From: Rickettsiales bacterium
Lineage (GTDB): Bacteria; Pseudomonadota; Alphaproteobacteria; Rickettsiales; Rickettsiaceae
Assembly (NCBI GenBank): GCA_947454145.1
Contig: CANGIW010000002.1
Coordinates: 5,620-69,619 of the forward strand
DNA: 64,000 bases
Direction: 5' to 3'
Shown: piece after piece, positions 50,711 to 61,083 of the stretch
Layout: each line of letters starts with the position of its first letter
Position numbering within the stretch: position 1 is the first letter of the stretch
Notes under the pieces: model-generated
Told to the model about the DNA's origin: nothing
Seen by the model: the letters and a program-made list of their open reading frames with translations, nothing else
Database searches by the model: none
Position numbers and translations under genes: made by a program

Positions 50711-52201
50711 TTAATCAAGTAATTCTTTATATTTTTTATTTAATCTAAAAACAACGTAAAGCCAAATAGAACATATCATAGTAAAAAATACAAGCAACAA
50801 AGCAGCTATATCACTATATAAAGTTTTTGGCATTATAAAGAAAATCACACATTGAATAATTGAACCAGAGGCTTTACCTAATTTTGCCCCCATAATTTCT
50901 ACAGCAGCTTTTCCTTTAGTCTTCATGTCGCTATCAAGGGGTATATATAACATTTCTTTTGTTGCATCAAACAAAGAATATTTAGTACTCTTTCCAAGAA
51001 TACCTTGCAAAGCTGCTATTACTATTATCACATTTAATGCAGAAATACTATGTAGTGAGAATAAGGTAGCCAATTCATTTTCATATAATACTGCTATAAA
51101 AAATATTACACCATTTATAAAAATCATTAAAGGGGTTAATATTGCTGCAGTTAGCCAACCAAATTTTCTAATTATATTACTACCGATTACTGAAAATAAT
51201 AATGTGAATACCCCGGTCCAAAAAGATACTTGGCTTTGGTATAGCATGAATTCTTTGGGGTTGGGGTATAATTGCTTTACCTTAGATAATATTAGACCTT
51301 CCATAAGATTTATAGACATCGAATATGATATTAAAATTACGCAAATGAACCAAAGATATTTTGATGATGCTAATGTTTTTATGCTTTCTCTAAATCCAAG
51401 CTTTGGTTTATTTTGTCTTATAGTTGAAATTTTAGAAGGCTTTATGACCGTTATTTCTATTAATTTATGCAAAAGTAAACAAAAAATTCCAGAAATAATT
51501 ACTATAATAATTAAGCTTTTCAGCATTAATTCGACATTATTTTCAACTTCTTTTAACAACAAATCTGATATCCAATTTGGGGAAGAAAAATAATATAATA
51601 CTCCGCCAGATATCAATAAATTAGATTGGCCAAACACACTAAAGAATGAATAGAAACGTTTTGCTTCTTCAGTTTTTGTGATTTGATTTGCCAACTGCCA
51701 AAACAATAAAGAGAACACAACAACTGGCCATAATTCACCTAACACATAAAATATTACATATGTCCAATTCGCCCATAAAGCTATAAACCATTTGAAATTG
51801 GGTAGTAAATTGGTGTAATGATCTATTGTTTCGGGGGATGGGTGCAAAATGTCTGCATTAGGAAACATATAAAAAGCAAAAAGCCAAAAAAATACCAAAA
51901 AGAACGATACTACGCATCTAAATACCGATTCTGTAGACATTTGATTACACATGCGTGAGTATATAACTACAAATAATATACCTATAGGCATTTCGCACCA
52001 TAATTTAATAAAACTTATAATTTCTGGTCCTATCATTGTTGTGACTAAGTTATCACGAATGCTTCTTACTATGTTTTGATTTAGTAAAATAACAAACATA
52101 AGTAACGCCATAGGAATAAATTTTTGTAATTCCGAAGATTTTATAGGCCATATAGCTTGACGAAATCTACTTTTGCGCAAAGTTTGAAAGTGAGATAACA
52201 T
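50711..52201 (-). CDS. tlc: ATP/ADP translocase (NTT/Tlc family nucleotide transporter)
   Basis: 496-aa protein with about 12 TM segments. Its N-terminal 'IWPIKSSELQKFIPMALLMF' and 'RSIRDNLV' are typical of Rickettsia/Chlamydia Tlc proteins. Confidence 0.9.
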   Translation of the reverse strand: MLSHFQTLRKSRFRQAIWPIKSSELQKFIPMALLMFVILLNQNIVRSIRDNLVTTMIGPEIISFIKLWCEMPIGILFVVIYSRMCNQMSTESVFRCVVSFFLVFFWLFAFYMFPNADILHPSPETIDHYTNLLPNFKWFIALWANWTYVIFYVLGELWPVVVFSLLFWQLANQITKTEEAKRFYSFFSVFGQSNLLISGGVLYYFSSPNWISDLLLKEVENNVELMLKSLIIIVIISGIFCLLLHKLIEITVIKPSKISTIRQNKPKLGFRESIKTLASSKYLWFICVILISYSMSINLMEGLILSKVKQLYPNPKEFMLYQSQVSFWTGVFTLLFSVIGSNIIRKFGWLTAAILTPLMIFINGVIFFIAVLYENELATLFSLHSISALNVIIVIAALQGILGKSTKYSLFDATKEMLYIPLDSDMKTKGKAAVEIMGAKLGKASGSIIQCVIFFIMPKTLYSDIAALLLVFFTMICSIWLYVVFRLNKKYKELLD

Positions 52202-52439
52202 TGTTTTATTTAAAATTTAAATATTACTTTAGTAGATTTTTTCTTTTTAGTAAGAAATTATATGCCACATGATTTAAATGTCAAGAAATATTGATATATT
52301 AGCTGCATATTAATTAGCACTAGTGATTAAATTGTACCACAAAATAACCATAAGCCACATTTAAATTGTAAAAATTTATATTTCAATAGCTTAGTCTTAA
52401 ATATTTCTAATAAAAAGAAATATAGTATATTGATTTAAT

Positions 52440-52465
52440 GACTTCAATTTACAAATCTTGAAGTC
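52440..52465. terminator. hairpin between the S9 peptidase and tlc genes
   Basis: gacttcaa (52440-52447) pairs with ttgaagtc (52458-52465). The hairpin is A-rich on one side and T-rich on the other (tatttttt at 52466-52473). Confidence 0.35.
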
Positions 52466-52482
52466 TATTTTTTATAAAATTT

Positions 52483-54573
52483 TTAGTTCTTATTTAAGTC
52501 TATAGTTAGCTGGCCTTTATCTATAATCTCAATACTAGATCCTTCTAGATCTTTTCCTATAGGCTCAAATTTACCACCTAAATATTTTGCAAAAAATTGT
52601 TCTAATAGCGCATTAAAAGACATACGATTTTCTGGTCTTGTAAATCCATGCCCCTCATCAGGATAAAGAAGATAAGTTACTGGTATCTTTTTTTCTTGCA
52701 TTTTCATAACTATTTGAGTGGATTCCGCCTCCTTAACCCTCGGATCATTTTTACCTTGTGCTATTAAAAGCGGTTTTTTAATTTTGTCCACAAAAGTTAT
52801 TGGAGAACGTTTGGCTAAAAATTCTCTACCGTTCTCAGTAGTAGGGTCACCACCAATCTTTTTAATTAATCTTGAAATAGCAGGTTTCCAATATTCAGGT
52901 ATAGAATTAAGTAGAGTGATTAAATTTGAGGGGCCCACAACATCGGCTGAACATGCAAAAACATCAGGAGTAAAAGTTAGGCCAACTAAAGCAGAATATC
53001 CACCGTAACTTCCCCCGTATATAGCAATTTTATCTTTAATAGCAATATTGTTTTCTATTGCCCAATTTACTGCATCTATAAGATCATCATGCATTTTTCC
53101 AGCCCATTCGCCATTACCTAAAGATATAAAATTCTTCCCAAAACCATCCGACCCCCTATAATTAACGCTAAGTACTGCATAGCCTCTATTTGTAAGCCAT
53201 TGATGAGTTGGGTTATATCCCCAAAAATCACGCATTTGTGGTCCGCCGTGCACAAAAAGCACCATAGGAACAGCTTTAGTACTTAATTTATTAGTTGGGT
53301 TGTTAACGTCATTAAGAACTTCTCTTGGTAAAGATATATAGCTTGGTAAATCTAAACCATCTCTAGATTTTATAATTACTGGTATCATCGGTGAAAGTTC
53401 TGTATCAACCAAATTTTTACGAGAATAAAATAAAAAATCTAACTTTTTATTTTTTCTATTAAAGATGTAATACGAACCTATTATATCTGATCCCGAAAAG
53501 GATAATATCCAAATATCATCTTTTAATGTTCTACTTAATATGTTAATAGATACATCTTTTTTAGCTTTAGTTTGTAAAAAATTAAAATCTTCTTCAACGG
53601 ATTTATCTAAAAAAACCTTAGTCTCTTTCTGATAATCATAGCTATAATATTGCTCTGTATAATTAGTAGGGTGAAGCAATATATAGGAAATATCAGTTTT
53701 ATCATTTTGCGCAATTAATTTTTTTTTGCCCGATGTTGTTTCCTTAAACAAAGCTGCGGTATCATTGTTTTGAGAGTCTAAAACATAAAATTCATCATCT
53801 TTACCCCACAATAATATGTTTGTATTTGTTGAATCTATATTGTTAATGCTTTTATATAAGTGATGTTTGTTTTCATTTTCTATATTAAATATATCTATTC
53901 CACCATCTGGTGTAATATAAGATGCAAATCTTAGTTTTAGGTTGTTATCCGGAACAAAACTTGCGTATTTTTCATTTTTAAATATAAGATCCATTTTACC
54001 ATTATCAATATTTAATCTGTAGACATCAAAGAATCTAGGGTCACGCTGATTCATACAAACTAATATTTCAGTTGCAAAATTTATACTTTGGGCAAGAATG
54101 TATGCTTTCACTTTTTCGGGTGTTAAAGGTATGATTTTACCATCAGCAATATTGATCTTATATAAGCGTGTGTTTTCATCGCCATCATTATCTTGCGAAT
54201 AAATTATAGAAGAAGAATTTAAAACCCAGGAATAGCTTCTTATGCCACGTTTTGTATCATTAGTAATAGCCTTTGCATTACCAACATCATCAATTTTTGC
54301 TAAATACAAGTTTGCAACATCCTTTGTTGGAGCTATATAAGTTAAATATTTACCGTCGTGACTAATTTTTACATTCATATAATCAGGATTACTGAATAAT
54401 GCTTTTCTACTAATCAAATTGCTTATAGGTTTTTGTTCCATATTATTAATATTTTGTTTTTGTGTGGTTGCTATGATATTGGTATATATATTTATAATTA
54501 TTATAAAGCTTGTAAGTAAAAATTTTTTAATAATTGATTGCATAATTATTTCACTGAAAATAAATGTATACAA
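52483..54573 (-). CDS. S9 family serine peptidase (prolyl oligopeptidase / acylaminoacyl peptidase type)
   Basis: 696 aa. A signal or anchor segment and an N-terminal beta-propeller-like region are followed by a C-terminal alpha/beta hydrolase domain with 'YGGSYGGY' (nucleophile Ser), 'GKNDPRV' and 'EGHGF'. Confidence 0.85.
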   Translation of the reverse strand: MYTFIFSEIIMQSIIKKFLLTSFIIIINIYTNIIATTQKQNINNMEQKPISNLISRKALFSNPDYMNVKISHDGKYLTYIAPTKDVANLYLAKIDDVGNAKAITNDTKRGIRSYSWVLNSSSIIYSQDNDGDENTRLYKINIADGKIIPLTPEKVKAYILAQSINFATEILVCMNQRDPRFFDVYRLNIDNGKMDLIFKNEKYASFVPDNNLKLRFASYITPDGGIDIFNIENENKHHLYKSINNIDSTNTNILLWGKDDEFYVLDSQNNDTAALFKETTSGKKKLIAQNDKTDISYILLHPTNYTEQYYSYDYQKETKVFLDKSVEEDFNFLQTKAKKDVSINILSRTLKDDIWILSFSGSDIIGSYYIFNRKNKKLDFLFYSRKNLVDTELSPMIPVIIKSRDGLDLPSYISLPREVLNDVNNPTNKLSTKAVPMVLFVHGGPQMRDFWGYNPTHQWLTNRGYAVLSVNYRGSDGFGKNFISLGNGEWAGKMHDDLIDAVNWAIENNIAIKDKIAIYGGSYGGYSALVGLTFTPDVFACSADVVGPSNLITLLNSIPEYWKPAISRLIKKIGGDPTTENGREFLAKRSPITFVDKIKKPLLIAQGKNDPRVKEAESTQIVMKMQEKKIPVTYLLYPDEGHGFTRPENRMSFNALLEQFFAKYLGGKFEPIGKDLEGSSIEIIDKGQLTIDLNKN

Positions 54574-54716
54574 CTATAATAGTTTTAAAAAAATAGATAA
54601 GTCAAATAGTTGATTGTTTTTTATTATAAAAATTTAGCTAAATCTTACTAGAAACAATTTATTTAGTGTGTTAGCATATACCTATAAAGGCTTATTAATT
54701 TTAACAAAGAAAAATT

Positions 54717-55388
54717 ATGGTTATGCAAATAAATAAAATTTTATTACATCTTTATCTTTTAGTAGTTTTTTCATTTTCATCTTACGCAGATGGTATTAAC
54801 GAAGATTATGAAACTTATTCTAGAATTTCTGGCACAATTAATTTGGGTCCTTTATTCACAAAAGGTAAGATGAAATTAACATCAAACCAAGTTGGTGAGA
54901 AAAATAATGAGATAGAGCTTATTACTTGGGGTATGGTAATAGGGGCTGAAACTTCTTTGTTTATTACAGATAAGATAGCTTTTGAATTATTTGCATTAGC
55001 AAATTTTAGTCCAATTAATAAAGATGCAAAAGATTCCTTTGATAAAAACATAACGTCTTCAAAGAGTGCTTTCATGATATATGTTCCTTTAGGAGTTGGA
55101 TTGAATTTTCATCCATTTCCTTTCGGGGGTTTAGACCCTTATATTGGTTTTGGTGGTGAATATGATCTTATATTTTCAACAGTAAGTACTTTAACTACAG
55201 AAAATGCTTTTACGTACTTTGGAAAATTTGGTGTATCTCTAATTAGATCAAATAATTCAATAATGTCTCTTGAGGTTAAAAAAAGTTTTCTGACTCACAA
55301 TCTAAAAATTACTAATCTACATAATTCAGACTATATTATGACACTCGAGCCATTGATTATTAGTTTTAATTTTGGATATAACATCTAA
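54717..55388 (+). CDS. putative small outer-membrane beta-barrel protein
   Basis: 223 aa with a signal peptide ending 'SSYADG' and alternating hydrophobic beta-strand patterns. The aromatic-rich C-terminus is 'ISFNFGYNI'. Confidence 0.45.
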   Translation: MVMQINKILLHLYLLVVFSFSSYADGINEDYETYSRISGTINLGPLFTKGKMKLTSNQVGEKNNEIELITWGMVIGAETSLFITDKIAFELFALANFSPINKDAKDSFDKNITSSKSAFMIYVPLGVGLNFHPFPFGGLDPYIGFGGEYDLIFSTVSTLTTENAFTYFGKFGVSLIRSNNSIMSLEVKKSFLTHNLKITNLHNSDYIMTLEPLIISFNFGYNI

Positions 55389-55498
55389 ATAATTTTATTA
55401 TCCCTATATATATTTGTTAAGTTTTGTAGGGATGATAAAATCTAGTAAGCCTTAAACCAATAGATTTTGTTTATCTCTAAATTTTCCAATAATGGTGG

Positions 55499-56443
55499 AT
55501 GATCTCAAAACATAAAGTAATAGTGATAATAGGTCCAACTGCTAGCGGTAAATCTACCCTTGCATTAGAATTAGCACAAAAAATCTCTAATGTTGCTATT
55601 ATTAATGCTGATGCATTTCAGGTGTATAAAGATCTAAAAATTATTACCGCATCACCAACAAACAATGATTTGATAACAGCAAAACATTATTTGTATAATT
55701 ACTTAGATATAGGATCTTTTTATTCTGTAGCTAAATATATTGAAGATGTTAATCAGGTTTTATTGGGCTTATCTAAAAAATCATATGCTTCAATTTTAGT
55801 TGGGGGTAGTCATATGTATATTCATAACTTAATATATGGTTTAGATGATGTTCCAGCTACAAATGTTAATATCGCCAAAAAAACAACTCAACTATTTGAT
55901 GATATAGGAATAAAAAACTTCTATGAACTATTAGGATCACTAGATCCAAAAATTATTGGAATAGTTGGATCTAATGATACTCAAAGAATGCTAAGAGCTT
56001 ATAATGTTAAAATTCAAACAGGGATGTCGATAATTGATTTCCATACGAAGCATAAAAATAGTTACAGCTCATTTTTAAACAAATACGATATTAAAATCAT
56101 ATCAGTTCAACCAAATCGTGGGTTACTTTATAGTAACTGTAATGCTAGAGTAGAATTCATGTTTAGGAATGGCGCGATAGAAGAAGTCTCAAATATCATC
56201 AGGCAAAATCAAGATAGTTTAAGTTCTAGCATAAAAGCTATAGGTTTTGAAGAAATAAAGTCTTATTTGAATAGTCAATTATCTTATGAAGAAGCTGTAC
56301 ACATAACGCAGCAAAGAACACGTAATTATGCAAAACGACAGCTTACTTGGTGTAACAATAAATTCGATAATAAAATTATATATGATGCTACAGATTCTTT
56401 GCACAACATTGCCAAACAGCTTGATAATTGGTTAACCTTATGA
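55499..56443 (+). CDS. miaA: tRNA dimethylallyltransferase
   Basis: 314 aa with the P-loop 'IIGPTASGKS' and 'QRTRNYAKRQLTW'. Confidence 0.9.
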   Translation: MISKHKVIVIIGPTASGKSTLALELAQKISNVAIINADAFQVYKDLKIITASPTNNDLITAKHYLYNYLDIGSFYSVAKYIEDVNQVLLGLSKKSYASILVGGSHMYIHNLIYGLDDVPATNVNIAKKTTQLFDDIGIKNFYELLGSLDPKIIGIVGSNDTQRMLRAYNVKIQTGMSIIDFHTKHKNSYSSFLNKYDIKIISVQPNRGLLYSNCNARVEFMFRNGAIEEVSNIIRQNQDSLSSSIKAIGFEEIKSYLNSQLSYEEAVHITQQRTRNYAKRQLTWCNNKFDNKIIYDATDSLHNIAKQLDNWLTL

Positions 56444-56955
56444 CAAAAATTCTAAAAATATTCATTCTTATATTAATTTCTCTAACATTAATATATTTGC
56501 CATTAATTTTAGGTAAATTTCATGTTTTTTCTAAAATATTACCAGCTTTTGAAATAATTTTTTTATTTATATATATAAAATATGGAAATAATAAAATAAC
56601 AATATGTATTATATTTACAGCGGCAGTTTTGTTGGCTTTTATTTATGATATTTCGCTTATTACTAATATTCTACTAATAATTGTTGCTTTTAAACTAAAT
56701 GAAATAATGGCAAGACATAGTTTTTTAGTACATTATAATTATAATCCAGTGGTAACAGATTATGGAAGATTTATTGTTTTTGCTTTTATAGAGCTAAATC
56801 TTAAATATTGTAGCGAGTGTTTGTGCAATTTGTATATATTTAATTATTCTCAAGTGCTTTTGCAGATACTGAATACAGTTTTTTATTATCCAGTTGTATA
56901 TATATTAATAGATCTTTGTTCTTCCCTACATAGAAGAAATTTCAATAATTATTAA
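56428..56955 (+). CDS. hypothetical polytopic membrane protein
   Basis: 175 aa with about 5 TM segments. It overlaps the miaA 3' end by 16 nt. I did not recognise a family. Confidence 0.4.
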   Translation: MVNLMTKILKIFILILISLTLIYLPLILGKFHVFSKILPAFEIIFLFIYIKYGNNKITICIIFTAAVLLAFIYDISLITNILLIIVAFKLNEIMARHSFLVHYNYNPVVTDYGRFIVFAFIELNLKYCSECLCNLYIFNYSQVLLQILNTVFYYPVVYILIDLCSSLHRRNFNNY

Positions 56956-56964
56956 AAATGCTAT

Positions 56965-57564
56965 ATGTTAACTTTAACTTGTGAAAATCTTCAATTACAA
57001 GCTCAAGGCGGAGTAATTTTTCAAGATTTAAGTTTTTCTTCAGTTTCAGGGGGTATATTATATATAAGGGGTTGTAATGGCTCTGGCAAGTCTTCCCTAC
57101 TTAGAATAATAGCTGGAATACAGTTTCCTAAAAGTGGTAATATTAAAATAAACAATTTAGAACAAGAACCAACATCATATTTTAGTTATATAGGTCATGA
57201 ACTCGGTGTTAATTTAGTTTTGTCCGTTGAAGAAAATCTTTTATTTTGGGCAAAATTATATAATGCGCATAAAGCATTAAATGCAACTATATTTTATTTT
57301 GGGCTACAAGAATTATTGGACAATAAGGTTTGTGAATTATCAGCTGGGAATAGAAAAAAACTAGCTTTATCTAGGTTATTTTTAGAAAACAAGAAAATTT
57401 GGCTACTGGATGAAATAGATAGTAATTTGGATGAATCCAATAAATTAATTCTTTATAATGCAATAATTAGTAAAGCAAGTATGGGCGGGATAATAATAAT
57501 AGCATCGCATGCACAAGAATTTACAAAAAATGCACAAATATTACATATGGGGGATTATGTTTAA
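56965..57564 (+). CDS. ccmA: heme exporter ATP-binding protein CcmA
   Basis: 199 aa with 'GCNGSGKSSLLRIIAG', 'LSAGNRKKLALSRL' and 'WLLDE'. A CcmB-like permease gene follows. Confidence 0.85.
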   Translation: MLTLTCENLQLQAQGGVIFQDLSFSSVSGGILYIRGCNGSGKSSLLRIIAGIQFPKSGNIKINNLEQEPTSYFSYIGHELGVNLVLSVEENLLFWAKLYNAHKALNATIFYFGLQELLDNKVCELSAGNRKKLALSRLFLENKKIWLLDEIDSNLDESNKLILYNAIISKASMGGIIIIASHAQEFTKNAQILHMGDYV

Positions 57565-58213
57565 AGGTGATATATTAGCCACATATTTTTTATGTGAATT
57601 AAAATATATGCATAAAATCTTAGGGGTAGGGCGTTTTATATTTCTAATGCTCTTATGTTCAAGTTTTTCATTGCCTTTTTTATTCCGTCAGCAAGATTTT
57701 TGGCTGTTGGGTAGCATGATTAACCTTATCTGCCTTCCTTGGATAATTTTAAGTCTTGCAGAAAATTTAATTAAATCAGAATTAAATGACGGCCGTCTTT
57801 ATGTTCTTCTGTCTACTATGGATTCAAGCTCAATAGTAATAGGAAAGTTTTGCAGCCTTTCTTTAACTTCTATTATAGCAGCCATTCTACCGCTTCCTAT
57901 CATTACTATAGTTTATGATAATACTGAAGTAATAAATTTCCTTAATGTTTTTTTAGCACAAAGTCTTTTAATTATGAATGTTTCAGCTTTAGCCATTTTA
58001 ATAAGTTGTGTGCAAGGTTATTTTAAAAGCAATACCAATTTTTTGATTCCGCCCATCATTCCTTTTATGATACCCGCCATAATAACAAATGGCATAATAG
58101 TTAGTGAGCCAAATTTTCAATATATACTCCTTTCAGCTGGCATATGTTTGGTTACAATACCTATTACAATTATCTTTTCAAGTTACTTATTAAAAAATAT
58201 TTATAGTTTTTAG
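57557..58213 (+). CDS. ccmB: heme exporter protein CcmB
   Basis: 6-TM permease. I place the start at ATG 57557, which overlaps the ccmA stop as ATGTTTAA, rather than at the track's 57509. Confidence 0.7.
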   Translation: MFKGDILATYFLCELKYMHKILGVGRFIFLMLLCSSFSLPFLFRQQDFWLLGSMINLICLPWIILSLAENLIKSELNDGRLYVLLSTMDSSSIVIGKFCSLSLTSIIAAILPLPIITIVYDNTEVINFLNVFLAQSLLIMNVSALAILISCVQGYFKSNTNFLIPPIIPFMIPAIITNGIIVSEPNFQYILLSAGICLVTIPITIIFSSYLLKNIYSF

Positions 58214-58247
58214 AAGTTAACTCTTATAGTTTTTAGAAGTTAACTCT
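58202..58247 (+). repeat. perfect 23-nt tandem duplication across the ccmB stop codon
   Basis: tatagtttttagaagttaactct occurs twice (58202-58224 and 58225-58247). Each copy contains 'tat agt ttt tag' (Y-S-F-stop). Confidence 0.95.
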
Positions 58248-58409
58248 TAAATTACTCTTGACTTATTTTTTATTCCAAAAATTTCACATTTTTTTCTTTT
58301 TTTAACATTATCTTAATAATAATAACCAAAACATTAAATTTATCTTTGCATTTTAATATATAAACAGTAAAGTGTTGATTATATAGATAAAATTTTTTTA
58401 CTATTCATT

Positions 58410-59582
58410 ATGACAAATATATTTCGTTTTCGAGTACTAATCATTGTGTGTATACTCCCTCTTTTTTTGACTGCATATAGCTCTTTTGCAAATGTTGAAA
58501 ATAAAAAAAATATATATCATTTTTCTCTTGACAAAACTCTTACACAAAATACTGGGGCAGATTTATTTTTGAATGGAGCTGAATTTTTGCAATATGGATT
58601 GGATTCATTGCAAATTGAAACATCTTTTGTAAAAGCTTTGGTTGGTATATATCCAGGATTTTTTGTAGCACTATTAAACCATGAGATTTCAGGACATGTT
58701 ATTAGGGCTTTTGAAAACGATATTCCTGTTCATAAAGTTTTTTTGAATAGCCCGTTTTATGCTGCTGTGTCTGATGGGAAAGGAAAAAACATAATACAAG
58801 ACATGGTTTCGTATTTAGGGGGAAATGAAGCTAATTATGTATTAGCACAAAAAATTAAAAAGAGATATTTTGATAATAAAATGATAATTACAAATATTAT
58901 GGGTGCTACTTATTGGTTTTCTTCAGGTAATCAATTTTATTATACAGTATTATATACACCTCCTAGAGGGGGTCATGATATAACAAATTATACAGATCTT
59001 GTAAATAGATATTATAATGATAATAATTGTTCAAGCCTTGAAGAATTGAGTGTCTTCGGATATATTGATTTGCTTGATCCATTTTTATTGTTTTCTATAT
59101 ATTCTGCTATTACTGGTATGGATATTGAAATTCCAACAATTAAAATTGGTGATTTAGGATATTTGCCACAAGCTAGATTGGTGTTAGCTCCTTATGGGGC
59201 AGAGATAAAAATTATGAATCATTTCTATTATGACGATAAATATTTTCAGTTAAACTTTAATTATGGCAAAAATAAAAATAAAACTTCGTATATGATAGAG
59301 TTTAATGCTGATAAAATTTACGAACAGGATAACTATTTTATGGGTAGCAATATTGCAATATGGAGGCAACCAGAACTTTTGATTGATGAGGATGATTCTA
59401 GAATAGATGGTAATAATGCGCAAAATAAAATAGGCGGCAAAGCTCTTGCAATTATGGGAATGAATATATCTGAAGATTCAGCTATAAGATTTGATTTGGG
59501 ATATAAAACTCAAGGATATAATGCTGGTGATATTGTAAGAAAAGGATGGGTAGTTAGGGCTGGATTAGAGTTAAGGTTTTAA
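58410..59582 (+). CDS. hypothetical secreted/outer-membrane-type protein with an HExxGH motif
   Basis: 390 aa with a signal peptide (…TAYSSFA), 'LLNHEISGHVIRA' (H91-E92-x-x-G95-H96) and a beta-rich C-terminal part ending 'RAGLELRF' (terminal Phe, an OMP-like beta-signal). Confidence 0.45.
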   Translation: MTNIFRFRVLIIVCILPLFLTAYSSFANVENKKNIYHFSLDKTLTQNTGADLFLNGAEFLQYGLDSLQIETSFVKALVGIYPGFFVALLNHEISGHVIRAFENDIPVHKVFLNSPFYAAVSDGKGKNIIQDMVSYLGGNEANYVLAQKIKKRYFDNKMIITNIMGATYWFSSGNQFYYTVLYTPPRGGHDITNYTDLVNRYYNDNNCSSLEELSVFGYIDLLDPFLLFSIYSAITGMDIEIPTIKIGDLGYLPQARLVLAPYGAEIKIMNHFYYDDKYFQLNFNYGKNKNKTSYMIEFNADKIYEQDNYFMGSNIAIWRQPELLIDEDDSRIDGNNAQNKIGGKALAIMGMNISEDSAIRFDLGYKTQGYNAGDIVRKGWVVRAGLELRF

Positions 59583-59598
59583 AATTTCTAGATAAGTA

Positions 59599-60408
59599 TC
59601 AAGTAGACTTATTGATACTTATATTCTTGTAATTACGATATTGCTTTATAAAAATACTAGCTGCTATTAACAGCATAACAACAGATAAAATCTGACCCAT
59701 TGTGGCATTGCCAAATACAAATCCTATATGTTCATCTGGTTGCCTATATTGCTCACAGAAAGAGCGGGCTAATGCATATAATATTAAAAACAAAATAGAA
59801 TTAAGCCCTGGATATTTTATAATTTTTGTATAGTATATAAAATAATTTAGTAAAACGAACAATAAAATACCCTCAGCAAAGGCTTCATATAATTGGCTTG
59901 GGTGCCTTGCTACAAATTCTTGCGGAAAAACCACTCCCCACGGCATATTTGTTACTCTTCCATATAATTCTGCATTAATGAAATTAGCTATTCTCCCCAA
60001 AAACAAACCAATAGGATTCACCACAGCAAGTAGGTCACAAAAAGCTAAATAAGGAATATGTTTTTTTTTGCAGAAACAAAATGTCATAATTGTAACACCA
60101 GCCAAGCCTCCATGAAAAGACATGCCCCCTTGATAAGTTTGCAATATTTCCCAAGGATGAGATAAAAATTGCAAGGGGTTGTAAAATAGAACATAACCTA
60201 ATCTTCCTCCTACAATTATAGCAATTATACACCAAGTTAAATAGTCGTGAAGGTCTGAGGCTTTAATTTTTAATGCAAATTTGTTTACTAGAAATTGTAG
60301 ATATTTGTAACCTAATAATATACCAAATATATATGCTAGTGAGTACCATCTAATTTGAAGATAACCTATACTAAATAATACTGGATCAATGTTAGGAAAT
60401 TGAATCAT
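59599..60408 (-). CDS. lgt: prolipoprotein diacylglyceryl transferase
   Basis: 269 aa with 'IRWYSLAYI', 'GGRLGYVLFY', 'GGMSFHGGL' and 'GRIANFINAELYGR'. Confidence 0.9.
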   Translation of the reverse strand: MIQFPNIDPVLFSIGYLQIRWYSLAYIFGILLGYKYLQFLVNKFALKIKASDLHDYLTWCIIAIIVGGRLGYVLFYNPLQFLSHPWEILQTYQGGMSFHGGLAGVTIMTFCFCKKKHIPYLAFCDLLAVVNPIGLFLGRIANFINAELYGRVTNMPWGVVFPQEFVARHPSQLYEAFAEGILLFVLLNYFIYYTKIIKYPGLNSILFLILYALARSFCEQYRQPDEHIGFVFGNATMGQILSVVMLLIAASIFIKQYRNYKNISINKST

Positions 60409-60492
60409 ATGTATAATACAAATTATCTAAATAGAGACAAAAATAGAATATTGGGGAGCTGATATATCATTTAACATAATTTTATCACTAAT

Positions 60493-60527
60493 GGGGGCAA
60501 CTATTAAATAGTTGTATCTATGCCCCC
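60493..60527 (-). terminator. GC-clamped hairpin downstream of the HU gene
   Basis: gggggca (60493-60499) pairs with tgccccc (60521-60527), with an inner aactat/atagtt pairing. The stem is GC-rich in an AT-rich context. The U-tail is weak. Confidence 0.4.
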
Positions 60528-60547
60528 GATTTAGTAGCTATAAAAAA

Positions 60548-60841
60548 TTATGAATTACAGGCATCCTTTAAATTTTTACCAGCTCTAAAGCTTGGTTTGT
60601 TGTAAGCCTTAATGTGCATTTTAGCGCCAGTTTTAGGATTGCGTCCGTCGCGCGCAGGAACATGTTGAGAAGTTAGTCTGAAAAAACCTACTAAACTTAC
60701 ATCTTTTTTCTGCTCTAAAGCTTTGTGCAATGCGTCAGTAAAAATATCTACAACTTCTTGGGCATAAACTAAAGTACAGTCATTTAGAGATGCTATAAAA
60801 CTTACAAATTGCTGTTTATTCATATTTTCATTTGTTGACAT
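60548..60841 (-). CDS. HU/IHF family DNA-binding protein
   Basis: 97 aa with 'GFFRLTSQHVPARDGRNPKTGAKMHIKAYNKPSFRAGKNLKD', the conserved beta-arm. Confidence 0.9.
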   Translation of the reverse strand: MSTNENMNKQQFVSFIASLNDCTLVYAQEVVDIFTDALHKALEQKKDVSLVGFFRLTSQHVPARDGRNPKTGAKMHIKAYNKPSFRAGKNLKDACNS

Positions 60842-61083
60842 TTAAATATACCTCAAATAATACGCTTAATTAAAAGCTTGATTAAAAAATTAACAAACGT
60901 CACTTTAACTTTTAAAAAAAGCTAGCAAGACGCTTGTATAAATAAAAGCACTTTGTATTGCTTAGCGCAAGGGTTTATTTTTTAAATAAAGAAAAAAATA
61001 TAAAATTATTGTTACCAACTATGTTTTGTTGCTGAAATAACACAGTTATGTAATATATTCGCAAGCAACTTGTAGCGCATAAG

